Positions 1-10,821 of a stretch of 64,000 nucleotides of DNA are shown here, one piece after another. Positions within the stretch are counted from its first letter, which is position 1; the number at the start of each line of letters is the position of its first letter. The notes under the pieces were generated by a model. That model saw nothing but the letters and a program-made list of their open reading frames with translations. It did no database searches and was not told where the DNA came from. Origin of the DNA: an uncultured Chroococcidiopsis sp. (GTDB lineage Bacteria; Cyanobacteriota; Cyanobacteriia; Cyanobacteriales; Chroococcidiopsidaceae). The DNA lies in contig CAXTYC010000002.1 in the NCBI GenBank assembly GCA_964248365.1, positions 102,447 to 166,446 on the forward strand, given 5' to 3'. Made by a program: the position numbers and the translations under genes.

Positions 1-97
1 GCTGTAACACAAGCATTACGCATACATCCTACTAATGGTTGATTTTATGCGAATTACTCAAGTTATCTCATTGCTGAGCCTGGAAGCGAGAAAGTAG

Positions 98-283
98 TTA
101 AACAGCTTCGCGCTCTAATAGCAGGGTAACAGGACTATCATTTTCAATTTGTACTTGCATCCAAAGCGCTAAATTTACCAGTTTCTACTCGTAATCCACT
201 TTCGCGTAACTTGGCAACATAGCGATGATATAAATCTTCGGCTACATGGGGAGGGGCAGATCTATCGCGCGTAAGGGCGGCGA
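98..283 (-). pseudogene. Degenerate duplicate of the 3' ~60 codons of dtd
   Basis: 105-283 aligns by eye with 1591-1767 (atcattttcaatttgtacttgcat, aaatttaccagtttctac, gcagatctatcg). It has a +1 indel near 161-170 and ends ...[10 protein letters not shown] at TAA 98-100. Confidence 0.85.
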
Positions 284-286
284 ATA

Positions 287-1045
287 CTAAGCAGTAGATT
301 TGAGTGTTTTGTGCCTCATTTTACTGAATCCTAGTAGGACAGATAGCACTATTGCTGCTGCTAATGCAGTGATCCAAATTAAAGGAGTATTCAACTGACG
401 AATGGCGATCGCCACCAATGCCCACACAAACACCAAAGTGAAGGCAATATCTGCTCGTTGGACAGCAACAATCGCGGCAATTACTGCACCGACAATCAGC
501 ATAATCGCAGTCCATCCTACGGCACTAATGCCCCAACCATCCCAACTAGAGATATAGAGGGCAGAAGCAATGTTGACAATTGTTGCTACCGAAATCCAGC
601 CCAGATAAATACTAAACGGCATCTGCGCTAACCATGTGTACTCCCTTGACACTCGGACTTTGCCAATTCCTAGTTGCAGGTAAGCCCCAATCAACGGCAG
701 AAGGATTGCTAGCATTGCTACGACTGAAAGCCAAAACAGACGAAGAGTAAACAGATATACCCAAGCAATCTGAGCGATACAAGCAACAATTAGTAGACAA
801 TCAACTCGGCGAATATTTGCATCACCATGCTGATTTGGGCGAAGCTGGTAAATGCCATAAGCAATTAACCCTAAATAAATTAGTCCCCAAATGGCAAATG
901 CATAATTGGCTGGGGTAATGAGTACACCTTTGAGAATAGTGTTGGCAATCTCACCAATATTTAATCCTTGAGGTGGAAAGAAATTTGACAAAATGTTAAC
1001 ACTCAAGGTAGCAAGGATAGCAATCAGCGTTGCAATTGGCAGCAT
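287..1045 (-). CDS. TspO/MBR-like tryptophan-rich integral membrane protein
   Basis: 252 aa with ~8 hydrophobic segments; [15 protein letters not shown] and [16 protein letters not shown] motifs. Confidence 0.7.
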   Translation of the reverse strand: MLPIATLIAILATLSVNILSNFFPPQGLNIGEIANTILKGVLITPANYAFAIWGLIYLGLIAYGIYQLRPNQHGDANIRRVDCLLIVACIAQIAWVYLFTLRLFWLSVVAMLAILLPLIGAYLQLGIGKVRVSREYTWLAQMPFSIYLGWISVATIVNIASALYISSWDGWGISAVGWTAIMLIVGAVIAAIVAVQRADIAFTLVFVWALVAIAIRQLNTPLIWITALAAAIVLSVLLGFSKMRHKTLKSTA

Positions 1046-1511
1046 AATCCTAAAATAGGCTCAAAGGATGGGTGCTTTCATCTAAAACCTCACGGGAGAA
1101 GGGAAACCACCATCAAGCACTGTGGTGGAGGAACTTCGACGCGGCTATTTTATGGTTCGTCAAGTATGTTATAATTAACACAGACACCTTGATCTTCAAT
1201 GTACGGTGAGGCTCCCAGCGGTTCGACGTTGTAGTTAAAAGGCTACTAGTTGACATAGCTATTTCGGTATCTTTAGATACTCTACTTCTAGCCTCGGGAA
1301 ATAAAGACTTTGAAGCGAGTGATTGAACAACAAACAAAAAGTAGACTCAATGCTAGCAATAGCGGAGTTCGTTGAGCGCAATTGACACCGCGCAGTGAAC
1401 TGCTGCTGTATTAATATTACAGTACTAATAATAGTTAACCTGAAGGTGAGGCAATTGGTACTTTTGCAAGATGTCTAGTGAACAGTAAACAGTAAACCTC
1501 TGCCCGAAATT

Positions 1512-1564
1512 GGTAACTGATAACTGGTAACTGGTAACTGGTAACTGATAATTGATAACTGGTT
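1512..1564. repeat. Heptamer tandem repeat (GGTAACT/GATAACT)
   Basis: ggtaact-gataact-ggtaact... directly downstream of dtd. Confidence 0.85.
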
Positions 1565-1565
1565 A

Positions 1566-2036
1566 CTACTCACTACTACTAACTTCTTTCGCTTCTCGCT
1601 CTAACAGCAAAGTGACAGGACCATCATTTTCAATTTGTACTTGCATCATCGCGCCAAATTTACCAGTTTCTACCCGTAATCCACTTTCTCGTAACTTGGC
1701 AACAAAGCAGTTATATAAATCTTCCGCCTGTTTGGGAGCAGCAGATCTATCGAAGGAGGGACGGCGACCTTTGCGACAGTCGCCATAAAGGGTGAATTGG
1801 CTAATTACCAAAAGTTCACCTCCAATTTCTTGGACTGATTTAAGCCACCTATCTGCGCCTTCTTCACCGCCAAACAACCGTAATTCCAAGCACTTACGCG
1901 CCATCCAGTCGAGTTCGCTTTGGGTATCACTGCTGGCAATACCTACAAGCAAGTTAAGACCACGCCCAATTTTACCGACAATTTCACCATTGACAGTAAC
2001 TTGAGAGGATTTAACTCGCTGGATGATAACACGCAT
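1566..2036 (-). CDS. dtd: D-aminoacyl-tRNA deacylase
   Basis: MRVIIQRV start, SQFTL motif, KGRRPSF, ENDGPVT. Confidence 0.97.
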   Translation of the reverse strand: MRVIIQRVKSSQVTVNGEIVGKIGRGLNLLVGIASSDTQSELDWMARKCLELRLFGGEEGADRWLKSVQEIGGELLVISQFTLYGDCRKGRRPSFDRSAAPKQAEDLYNCFVAKLRESGLRVETGKFGAMMQVQIENDGPVTLLLEREAKEVSSSE

Positions 2037-2154
2037 AATGAGGGGCTAGGGGCTAGGGGCTAGAGGCTAGAGGAAAGCAGGGAGAGTTAGGGGAGCAGGG
2101 AGCTAAATTTATAGCCTCTGGCACGAGCGCCTCTGGCACGAGCGCCTCTCGCCT

Positions 2155-3267
2155 CTACTTACTAAAGCCTTTACCACGATTTGTGGAAGGTAGACAAACG
2201 CATTTTTCTAGCCCAGTGCGTAGAGCGTCATGATCCAGATTTTGCCCAATCAGCACTAACTGATTTTTGGGTTGCCCTTTCCACTCTTCATCTTCTATTG
2301 AGAAGCGCTTACCACACAAGTGGAAAACATGACGTTTGGGACTTTCATCAAACCACAAAATTCCCTTTGCTCGGAAGACAGTCGAGGGTAACTGGTTGTC
2401 TAGGAAATATTGAAACTTTCTGATAGATAACGGTTGGTCAGTTTGAAAAGACAGCGAGGTGAAGCCGTCATTTTCTAGATGGTGGGAGTGATGGTGATGA
2501 TCGTGGTCGTGGTCGTGGTTACAATGTCCATGATCGTGATCGCAATTTGAATGGTCATGGTCATGATCGTGGTGATGATGCTCATGGTCACGATCACCAT
2601 CTGATGTGTCAAAATATTTGTCAGACTCGAATAGACCGACACTGAGAATTAAGGGTAGTGGAACTTGCGATCGCTGTGTCCGCAAAATTCTCGCCCCTTC
2701 CTTAATATCTCTAATTTTGACTTCCAAAGCATCTAAATCTGCTTCGTCAACTAAATCTGCCTTATTGAGTACAATCACATCACCATAGGCAATCTGACTA
2801 TGTGCGGCTTGAGAATTGAATAAATCTAGACTGTAGTTTGCGGCATCTACGACCGTAATAATCGAATCCAGGCGAGTTAAGTCTCGCAACTCTGTCCCCA
2901 AAAATGTCAGCGCCACTGGTAGCGGATCAGCGAGTCCAGTTGTCTCCACCACTAGATAATCAACTTTCTCCCCGCGTTCTAGGACTTTGTAAACCGCCTC
3001 CACCAAATCGTTGTTAATGGTGCAGCAGATACAACCGTTACTTAGCTCTACCATGTCTTCTCCGGTAGAGATAATTAACTCGTTGTCAATGCCAATTTCG
3101 CCAAATTCATTGACTAAAACGGCTGTCTTCAAACCTTCCTGATTGCTGAGAATGTGGTTGAGTAATGTTGTCTTACCGCTACCGAGAAATCCTGTAATAA
3201 TCGTAACTGGTAGCCCCTTTTTCGGAGTATCCATTACTTGAGAAGAATCAGAACTGACAGATTGCAT
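2155..3267 (-). CDS. CobW/COG0523 family G3E GTPase (metallochaperone) with His-rich insert
   Basis: ITGFLGSGKTT, VNEFG, NGCICC, ETTG, FRAKG; long HDHDH tract; ATG at 3267 preferred over TTG 3279. Confidence 0.93.
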   Translation of the reverse strand: MQSVSSDSSQVMDTPKKGLPVTIITGFLGSGKTTLLNHILSNQEGLKTAVLVNEFGEIGIDNELIISTGEDMVELSNGCICCTINNDLVEAVYKVLERGEKVDYLVVETTGLADPLPVALTFLGTELRDLTRLDSIITVVDAANYSLDLFNSQAAHSQIAYGDVIVLNKADLVDEADLDALEVKIRDIKEGARILRTQRSQVPLPLILSVGLFESDKYFDTSDGDRDHEHHHHDHDHDHSNCDHDHGHCNHDHDHDHHHHSHHLENDGFTSLSFQTDQPLSIRKFQYFLDNQLPSTVFRAKGILWFDESPKRHVFHLCGKRFSIEDEEWKGQPKNQLVLIGQNLDHDALRTGLEKCVCLPSTNRGKGFSK

Positions 3268-3404
3268 AGGGCTGCTCAAGAAAACGTCAGAACATATAAG
3301 TAAATATCGGCACGTTCAATATTGACACTTGCCTCTCTCCTATTATCGCTTGTTAAATAACAACAGATAAGAAAAGGATAAAGTTGTAAAGGATGAAGGA
3401 GATA

Positions 3405-3498
3405 GAAGTCAGAAGTCAGAAGTCAGGAGACAGAAGTCAGAAGTCAGAAGTCAGAAGTCAGAAGTCAGGAGACAGAAGACACAAGACAGAAGACAGAA
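3405..3498. repeat. Heptamer tandem repeat (AGAAGTC/AGAAGAC)
   Basis: More than 10 units between the divergent COG0523 and cysS genes. Confidence 0.9.
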
Positions 3499-3628
3499 TA
3501 GTTAATTCTTCGTTCCCCTGAAGCCCCTGAAGCTCCCCTTTGCCCCCCTATCCCCACAACGCGAGTGAAGAGCGAGTCCCCCCTGCTTTCCCCTAGCCCC
3601 TAGCCCCTAGCCCCTAGCCATCCTAGCC

Positions 3629-5086
3629 ATGACCTTAACGCTTTACAACACGCTTTCCCGTCGTCAGGAATCCTTTGAAACTGTTGAACCTGGCAAAGTA
3701 AAAATGTACTATTGCGGTGTGACAGTTTACGACTACTGCCACTTAGGTCATGCACGGGCTTGTATTGTTTGGGATGTGGTACGTCGTTACCTGGAATTTC
3801 TGGGGTATCAAGTAAAGTACGTCCAGAATTTTACCGATATCGATGACAAAATTCTCAATCGGGCGCGACAAGAAGGTTCATCGATGTCAGAGGTAGCCGA
3901 TCGCTTCATTAAGGCGTATTTTGAAGATATGGCGCGGTTGAACGTCAAACCAGCAGATGAGTATCCCCGTGCTACCCACACAATAAATGGCATCGTGCGA
4001 TTAATTCATGAGCTAGAACACAAAGGCTATGCCTACCCAGCCGATGGAGATGTTTATTATGCCGTACGCCAATTTCCAGAGTATGGCAAGCTGTCGGGAC
4101 GCAAGTTAGAAGATTTGCAAGCTGGCGCAAGTGGGCGAGTAGATGCACAAGATCCAGAGGAACAGAAAAAGAAAGACCCGTTTGATTTTGCTTTGTGGAA
4201 ATCAGCAAAGCCAGGGGAACCAGCTTGGGATTCATCTTGGGGTGCAGGGCGACCTGGGTGGCATATTGAATGTTCAGCTATGGTGCGCGATCGCCTGGGT
4301 GACACTATAGATATCCATGCTGGTGGTGCTGACTTAATTTTCCCCCACCATGAAAACGAAATTGCCCAATCCGAAGCCGTGACAGAAAAACCACTGGCGC
4401 GTTACTGGCTACACAATGGTATGGTAACGGTAAATGGTGAGAAAATGTCCAAGTCGTTGGGCAACTTCATCACCATTCGGGAATTGCTGGATCGTCCTAC
4501 CGATCCGATGGCTGTGCGATTATTTGTACTTCAGGCTCAATACCGTAAGCCAATTGATTTTACCCATGAAGCGATCGCATCTGCTACAAATGGTTGGCAT
4601 ACCCTGAAAGAAGGCTTGCTTTTTGGCTACGAGTATGGTAAGCAATTCGGTTGGGAACAGTCAGATGGGGAGAAGGAAAAATACCTTTTGCCGGATTATG
4701 TGGAAAAGTTTCAAACAGCAGTGGATGATGATTTTAATTTCCCTGGTGGGTTGGCAATTTTATTTGAATTAGCCAAAGAATTACGCCGTGAGGGTAATCT
4801 GTTGGTGCATCAGGGAAAAACAGAGACACCACCTGAGCAGTTAAAGCAACAGTGGTACACACTTGTGACTTTAGCGCAAGTTTTGGGTTTTGGGGCAACA
4901 CCGTCGGCATCCGCTACTGACGAAAGTAGTTTGAGCGATACTCAAATAGAGGCTTTGATTCAACAACGACAAGAAGCCAGGAAAGTCAAGAATTTTGGCA
5001 TGAGCGATCGCATCCGTAACGAACTCCAGGCACAAGGCATTACTCTAATTGATAGCCCCGACGGTACACGCTGGCATCGTAGCTAA
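3629..5086 (+). CDS. cysS: Cysteine--tRNA ligase
   Basis: YYCGVTVY, HLGH, GRPGWHIECSAM, FPHHENE, KMSKS. Confidence 0.98.
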   Translation: MTLTLYNTLSRRQESFETVEPGKVKMYYCGVTVYDYCHLGHARACIVWDVVRRYLEFLGYQVKYVQNFTDIDDKILNRARQEGSSMSEVADRFIKAYFEDMARLNVKPADEYPRATHTINGIVRLIHELEHKGYAYPADGDVYYAVRQFPEYGKLSGRKLEDLQAGASGRVDAQDPEEQKKKDPFDFALWKSAKPGEPAWDSSWGAGRPGWHIECSAMVRDRLGDTIDIHAGGADLIFPHHENEIAQSEAVTEKPLARYWLHNGMVTVNGEKMSKSLGNFITIRELLDRPTDPMAVRLFVLQAQYRKPIDFTHEAIASATNGWHTLKEGLLFGYEYGKQFGWEQSDGEKEKYLLPDYVEKFQTAVDDDFNFPGGLAILFELAKELRREGNLLVHQGKTETPPEQLKQQWYTLVTLAQVLGFGATPSASATDESSLSDTQIEALIQQRQEARKVKNFGMSDRIRNELQAQGITLIDSPDGTRWHRS

Positions 5087-5093
5087 GGGATGG

Positions 5094-5131
5094 AGTGGAA
5101 CCAGTGGAACCAGTGGAACCAGTGGAACCAG
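5094..5131. repeat. 9-nt tandem repeat (AGTGGAACC) x4
   Basis: Seen directly after the cysS stop codon. Confidence 0.85.
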
Positions 5132-5202
5132 AAAAAGAAGGTTAAAGGGTAAAGAGGTATTGCGGTAATTTCCCCCCCTGCTCTCTTCCTAGTCCCCAGC
5201 CC

Positions 5203-5880
5203 CTAGCCGCCAGCCCCTATCTTGTTCATGCCAGTTGATGAAGGTGGGGCATTGGATTTGAGTTGTTGCCGCCCGTTGTAAATGATGCGTAATATATCTT
5301 TAAGTTGTTGCTCAAGATTATTGAGGACGCTATCTGCATAGTCATCAGCACCTTTTTGGATCTCTTGTGCTTCTGCGATCGCTTTTTGCCGCAAGGAGTT
5401 GCTCTCTTGTTGAACCTGCTGACGCATCAAGTCGATTTCTACCATATTCTCCTCCTGCGCCGTAATACACTCCTGTTGCACTTGTTGCAGGAACTGCTTT
5501 GCTTCTAATTCTGCTTGCTGCATAATTACCGTTTGACTGAGCATCTCCGCCGCTTGAGCTTGTGCTAAATGAATAATTTCCTCAGCCTCTTGCTGTGCCT
5601 CAAGGAGAATTGCCTGTTTTTGTTTGACAATTGCTTGTGCCACTTGCAACACTGCTGGTAGATGCAACCGGATCAAATCCAACTGATCTAGCAATTGTTC
5701 CTCATCCACAATTGTTCTATGAGTCAGCGGAATATGTGGACTATCAAGCACCATTTGCTCTAGTCTGTTCAATTCCTGCTCGATATCCACATCTCCTATT
5801 TCACTGGCAACATCTGCCATTGGAGAGATGCTAACTTTGTTGTCTTTGGGTTCTAGGTTGGATGAGTTTTGGCTTGACAT
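5203..5880 (-). CDS. cdv3: DivIVA-like coiled-coil cell division protein (Cdv3-like)
   Basis: [31 protein letters not shown] coiled coil, GADDYAD; overlaps coaD as is usual in cyanobacteria. Confidence 0.75.
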   Translation of the reverse strand: MSSQNSSNLEPKDNKVSISPMADVASEIGDVDIEQELNRLEQMVLDSPHIPLTHRTIVDEEQLLDQLDLIRLHLPAVLQVAQAIVKQKQAILLEAQQEAEEIIHLAQAQAAEMLSQTVIMQQAELEAKQFLQQVQQECITAQEENMVEIDLMRQQVQQESNSLRQKAIAEAQEIQKGADDYADSVLNNLEQQLKDILRIIYNGRQQLKSNAPPSSTGMNKIGAGG

Positions 5881-6341
5881 CGGTAGATATCTATAGCAAC
5901 GTGCGGAGGAACAAGATGATCAACTGGACCACCAAACTTGGCAATCTCTTTCACCAGACTACTACTTAAAAAACTGTACTCATTGGATGTTGCCAAAAAA
6001 ACCGTTTCAATTTCAGTAGAAAGCGTCTTATTCGTGTGAGCCATTTGCAATTCCGCTTCAAAATCTGAAATCGCCCGTAAACCCCGAATGAGAACCTCAG
6101 CTTGCCGCATCCGAGCGTAGTTAACGGTAAGTCCATCGAAGCTGTCTACTTCCAGGTTAGGTAGATGACGAGTAGACAAGCGAATTTGATTTAGCCGCGT
6201 GGGCATGGTAAACATGGGCGTTTTATTGGGATTGCGTAAGACGGCAACGATTAATCGCTCAAACAGCCGACAGCCGCGCTCGATGATGTCAAGATGACCC
6301 AAGGTTATAGGATCAAAGCTACCAGGATAAATAGCAATCAC
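5853..6341 (-). CDS. coaD: Pantetheine-phosphate adenylyltransferase
   Basis: [32 protein letters not shown]. Confidence 0.97.
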   Translation of the reverse strand: MIAIYPGSFDPITLGHLDIIERGCRLFERLIVAVLRNPNKTPMFTMPTRLNQIRLSTRHLPNLEVDSFDGLTVNYARMRQAEVLIRGLRAISDFEAELQMAHTNKTLSTEIETVFLATSNEYSFLSSSLVKEIAKFGGPVDHLVPPHVAIDIYRCQAKTHPT

Positions 6342-6756
6342 AAGAGAAAAATTTCTTAGTTACTGAGAAATTATAGTTCCTAATTAATTGAGTTTTACAA
6401 CGCTGGAGTGCTGTTAGCTATTAGCTATTAGCTATTAGCTATGCCAACTAATATCTCTTTACCTGCAATCTTTAGAATAATTTTGCTGGGCAAATTGAGA
6501 CAAAATTATCACAACACACTCGCCTTAAGTTTCCAAGCTTGCTGCCAAGACAAGTTATTCCCCAAATTGGATGAGCGATAGTTAATCAACAAAGAAGCTA
6601 CCCATGTAGGCACATTAATAAATTGAGCAGGAGACGATATTTTGCTTGTTGTTATCGCTACAATTTTATTGTTAACATGAACGGGGCATCACTGGGGGAG
6701 TGTAGACTCCCAATGAAAAAACTTATTAGCTACTGGTAACTGGTAGTTGGTAGTTG

Positions 6757-6820
6757 GTAGAGGCGGGTTTAAACGAGTTATTTGTTTGTTCACAAGTATG
6801 TCTGATAAACTCGCCCGTAC
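6757..6820. repeat. ~64-bp GTAG-type dispersed palindromic element
   Basis: gtagaggcgggtttaaacgagttatttg...gataaactcgcccgtac; related copies at 16742, 26647, 29229 and 29301. Confidence 0.8.
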
Positions 6821-7073
6821 GGTAGTTGGTAACAGGTATCTCGTTTTCTGGTAACTGGTAACTGATAACTGGTAACTGATAACTTGCCTCTTGCCTCTTG
6901 CCTCCTGCCTCCTGCTCGCCTGGTAACTGGTAACTGTTGTTATGGAGTGCTGCTAGAAATATTTTGGCTGGTGGTGGAGCTTTTTTTGCCATTAGCTCTG
7001 TCTTGAGATGTAAAATAGCAAGCCGTTCTCAACACGCTCTTGAGTTGGAGATAGGCACTGGGGAAGTTGTGGT

Positions 7074-8060
7074 ATGACTGTAAAAAAACTAACGGATGCT
7101 GACAGAAAAGAAATTCTTGACTTATATCGCCATACGGGGGAAACAACTTCAACTCTGGCAGATAGATACGGGGTTAGTAATTCAACAATTAGTCGCTTTT
7201 TAAAAGTTACCTTGCCAGAAGAGGAGTATGAAACATTAATTTCCGCCAAGCGAGCGGCGCGTACCTCGTCAGGCGAAGAAAAATCAACGCCACAGCAAAC
7301 TCAACTAGAGCTAGAAGTAGCCTTGGGTGAGCCTGTGGAAGCGGAAAAACCAATTCCAGATGCCCAAGCTACCCCTACCCCAACTATTAGACGGCGGCGA
7401 ATTTCTGCAATTAGGCAACCACCGGATGAAATACCGCCGCCAGAAATACTGCCCATAGAAACACCAACCCCAGCAGGAACAGAAGCGGATTTAACTAATA
7501 CGGAGGATACACCAGATATTTCGTTGAACCCGTCCCTACCATCTATAGATGCTCGTAGTAAAGCGGCTGAGGATGTGAGTGCAGAAGCTAACGCCATAGC
7601 AGCAGAAATGTTTGGGGAAGAACTGCTAGATGAATCAGAAGACGAAGATGACGATGATGACGATGACGATATCTATGATTTAGACGAAGACGACGAAGAA
7701 GAGGAGCAGCCTATACTTAGAAGACGCTTACCACTGGAAACCTTCGTTCAAGTCTTGCCACTTTCTGAAGCCCTTCTTCCCAGAACCTGCTATTTGGTAA
7801 TAGACAAGGCAGCAGAATTAATTACGCGCCCACTGAGAGATTTTGGTGATTTAGGGCAAATTCCTAGCGGGGAATTTGGGCAAAGAACCTTGCCAGTGTT
7901 TGATAATCACCGAGTAGCTCGACGTTTTTCCAGTAAGCGCGATCGCGTAATTAAAGTTCCAGATAGTAGAATGCTTCAAAAGACTCGTTCTCATCTACAA
8001 GCAAAGGGAATCACCCGACTGCTGTTTGATGGTCGAGTGTATTCTTTATCAAGCACTTAA
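7074..8060 (+). CDS. Conserved cyanobacterial protein with N-terminal HTH and acidic linker
   Basis: TTSTLADRYGVSNSTISR HTH, poly-D/E tract, C-terminal LPRTCYLVID..LPVFDNHRVARRF domain. Confidence 0.8.
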   Translation: MTVKKLTDADRKEILDLYRHTGETTSTLADRYGVSNSTISRFLKVTLPEEEYETLISAKRAARTSSGEEKSTPQQTQLELEVALGEPVEAEKPIPDAQATPTPTIRRRRISAIRQPPDEIPPPEILPIETPTPAGTEADLTNTEDTPDISLNPSLPSIDARSKAAEDVSAEANAIAAEMFGEELLDESEDEDDDDDDDDIYDLDEDDEEEEQPILRRRLPLETFVQVLPLSEALLPRTCYLVIDKAAELITRPLRDFGDLGQIPSGEFGQRTLPVFDNHRVARRFSSKRDRVIKVPDSRMLQKTRSHLQAKGITRLLFDGRVYSLSST

Positions 8061-8161
8061 ATATCGGGTTTAATGTCTCGCGCTCGAAGCTGGGGCGCAC
8101 TCGTTGTCAGAGTCTTTGCTGGGGCGTGAGATAGTAACAGTGTGCTTTGCTTGTAGTTAAT

Positions 8162-8506
8162 ATGGACAGTAATTCTGGCGTTACAACTGGCTATGGCATC
8201 GTGTTGGTGAGTGCAGGTTCATTGGAAGAAGCGGAGGCGATCGCTACTTCTTTGGTAAACTCTCACTTAGCTGCTTGTGTAAGTCTAGTGCCAATCCAAT
8301 CTATCTATACTTGGCAAGGCAAACTACATCAAGAGCAAGAATGGCAGCTCATCATTAAAACTGACTTATCCCATTTTACCACTTTAGAAGCCAAAATTCG
8401 AGAACTGCATTCCTACGAAGTACCAGAAATTATCGCGCTTCCCATCGTTGCTGGTTCTCAACCCTACCTCAATTGGATTTCTGAGCAAGTACAAGTAAGG
8501 GAATAG
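8162..8506 (+). CDS. cutA: Divalent-cation tolerance protein CutA
   Basis: LAACV, SIYTWQG, LHSYEVPEII. Confidence 0.93.
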   Translation: MDSNSGVTTGYGIVLVSAGSLEEAEAIATSLVNSHLAACVSLVPIQSIYTWQGKLHQEQEWQLIIKTDLSHFTTLEAKIRELHSYEVPEIIALPIVAGSQPYLNWISEQVQVRE

Positions 8507-8616
8507 CAAAAGTAGGATGGGCAATGCCCACCATCAATAATAATGAACATTGATAATTGATAATTGATAATTGTTCATTGGCTACGGACAAAAGACAGCC
8601 ATAGAGGAATTTACAA

Positions 8617-9549
8617 TTATTTAGGACTACTATATATAGCAGCTTCTAAACGTGCTGCCAGATTAATAATGTCTTCTTTACGGGCAATTTGATTAATCCA
8701 TTCTGGGGGAATATTGTCTACTGAGTAGTAGATTCCTGCTAAACCACCTGTGACAGCAGCAGTAGTATCAGTATCACCGCCCAAGTTTACGGCTTTTAGT
8801 ACTGCTTGGGCATAGGATGAGCTATTTAACAAACACCAAAGAGATGCTTCTAAGGTATCAATTACATAACCACTAGAGCGAATTGAATCTACTGGCAAGT
8901 TAGCAATTTCACCACTGAAGACTCTTTTAAAATGTGGTAATTCTGAAGTATATTCAGCGGCTGCATAAATAGACTCAATATTTTTTAATCCTTGAAGATA
9001 GGCTGATTTTGGCTCTAATCCTTGCAACAGGCAAACTGCAATACTGATATAGATACCGCAGGCAATTTGAGAACGTAAATGAGCGTGGGTAATGCAAGAA
9101 ACTTGATGAGTTCGTGATATTAATTCTGGAAAGTTTAGGATTTTGTGGCAATAAGCTAGAGGCAAAATTCGCATCAAGGAACCATTACCATTACTGTTTT
9201 CACTCTTTCCCCCACATTCTAGGGGTGGAACTCCTCGATGAAAATCCACGATTGCCATAAAGGTAGTATTGCCAATGTCGAACACTTCACCTGATGCTGT
9301 CCAGTATGCTTCATGATACCAGCGCCAGAACGAAGAGGCGATCGCTTCTAGTGAAAACCCTGTACAAAGACATTCTGCCAGACAAAACGTGAGAGAACTG
9401 TCATCAGACCAAGTTCCAGCAGGCACATCCCAAGTCCCATAACCCAACATGGATGTCACAGGAGATTTTACCCGTTCGGCACGGCTGCTGAACTCAACCG
9501 GAACGCCCAAAGCATCACCCACACACAAACCCATTAACCCAGACAACAT
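8617..9549 (-). CDS. ADP-ribosylglycohydrolase family protein
   Basis: VGDALG, WSDDS, GNGSLMR, VNLGGDTDT. Confidence 0.92.
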   Translation of the reverse strand: MLSGLMGLCVGDALGVPVEFSSRAERVKSPVTSMLGYGTWDVPAGTWSDDSSLTFCLAECLCTGFSLEAIASSFWRWYHEAYWTASGEVFDIGNTTFMAIVDFHRGVPPLECGGKSENSNGNGSLMRILPLAYCHKILNFPELISRTHQVSCITHAHLRSQIACGIYISIAVCLLQGLEPKSAYLQGLKNIESIYAAAEYTSELPHFKRVFSGEIANLPVDSIRSSGYVIDTLEASLWCLLNSSSYAQAVLKAVNLGGDTDTTAAVTGGLAGIYYSVDNIPPEWINQIARKEDIINLAARLEAAIYSSPK

Positions 9550-9918
9550 TATCAATTATCAATTATTTATTCAAAAAGTCATTGCTATTTAACGAGTGCG
9601 TTCTTTGCGTCTTTGCGCTTCGTAAAAAAGCCGATTTTACAAATTAAATATGATCCTTATACCTATATTATAACACAAAAATCAGCTTTTTATCAGGGTA
9701 GTTTCTAGCTCTGTGACAGTTACATAACAGTCCATAAACATTAAATATTACGTATACAAATTGTTATTTTAGGAATGTGGTGATGAGGGGATGAAAAACC
9801 TTGATGAAAGGTCAAGAAACTGAACAATGAAAACAATCAGTTATTGATAACCGAGACACAAATACCTGTCATTACGTCATTAACAGAATTAGTCTACTCT
9901 TGTCCAAGAATTAGAATT

Positions 9919-10470
9919 ATGAAACGGCTTTTCAAGAGTGTTCTAACCCTTTCTACTTTGTCGGCATTAGTGTTTGCGCCTGTATTACTGCCAGCACGAA
10001 AAGCTTCTGCTCAAAGTGCAAGTCAACCTACAGGTACTAATGCCAGTTATTTGGGTGGTGGTATTTCCGCTGGTGTTACTAATGGCGGAAGTCCAATATA
10101 CGACGATGATGCCCAATTTGGCGGCAACGTTCAAGGTCGTTTTGCCATTCCAAATACACCAATTTCTGCCAGAGGCGCGCTCCTATTTGGAGGTGACACA
10201 GTTGCTGTCATGCCAATGCTTTCCTACGACGTTCCTGTGACAAATAACGCCAACGTTTACCTTGGTGCTGGTTACTCATTTGTCGGGGATAAAGGCGAAT
10301 CAACTCCTTTGGGTAATAAAAATGCACCCGTGCTAACAGCGGGCGTTGAATCTCAAATCACAGACAAAATCGTTCTCTACGGTGATGCCAAGCTAGGGAT
10401 TGATGCCTACGAAGATAGTTCAAATTCTGCTGTGAGCTTACAAGCTGGTGCAGCTTACCGCTTCAACTAA
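9919..10470 (+). CDS. Outer-membrane beta-barrel protein
   Basis: Signal peptide MKRLFK...ASA, alternating beta strands, C-terminal AAYRFN. Confidence 0.8.
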   Translation: MKRLFKSVLTLSTLSALVFAPVLLPARKASAQSASQPTGTNASYLGGGISAGVTNGGSPIYDDDAQFGGNVQGRFAIPNTPISARGALLFGGDTVAVMPMLSYDVPVTNNANVYLGAGYSFVGDKGESTPLGNKNAPVLTAGVESQITDKIVLYGDAKLGIDAYEDSSNSAVSLQAGAAYRFN

Positions 10471-10481
10471 ACTGACTTGAG

Positions 10482-10515
10482 AAGAGATGCGATGTTCCTC
10501 GCATCTTTTCTTTTT
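10482..10515 (+). terminator. Rho-independent terminator
   Basis: agatgcga-tgttcc-tcgcatct stem followed by a T tract. Confidence 0.7.
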
Positions 10516-10703
10516 ATCATGTAAATTATCAGTTATCAGTTATCAGTTATTAGTTATCAGTTATCAATGAAGGGTCACTGCTTGTCTGTTCGCTGTTCTA
10601 CTTTTCACTATTCACTGCTAGTCTGTTCTACTTTTCACTGCTAGTGTGTTCTACTTTTCACTGGTGGGGATAACTGGTCACTGAAGGAGTGATCCCTAAT
10701 AAT

Positions 10704-10744
10704 TATTTAAATAAAGGTTAAGCTGTGATTAATGAATGGTTATT
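10704..10744 (-). promoter_or_regulatory. Candidate SphR (PhoB) Pho box: four 8-mers at 11-nt period
   Basis: Minus strand AATAACCA-ttc-ATTAATCA-cag-CTTAACCT-tta-TTTAAATA against the cyanobacterial consensus YTTAAYYW-N3; ~80 nt upstream of the arsR-pst operon. Confidence 0.65.
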
Positions 10745-10821
10745 GATATGAATATAATTAGGTATCAATTCCAACTCTGAGCAACTAGGAGGGGATTGAT
10801 AAAATTCCTTTACTGTTATGT

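Noticed and set aside
1113..1337. 74-aa ORF between dtd and the TspO-like gene
   Set aside because: TTG start and no recognisable motif; cannot be supported.
6726..6992. ORF containing YQLPVISYQLP
   Set aside because: It is a translation of heptamer repeats and a GTAG element; the same applies to ORFs at 16673-16975 and 54021-54245.
7074..8060. Transposase (HTH start)
   Set aside because: No DDE/HUH catalytic domain and no terminal repeats; it looks like a conserved chromosomal protein.
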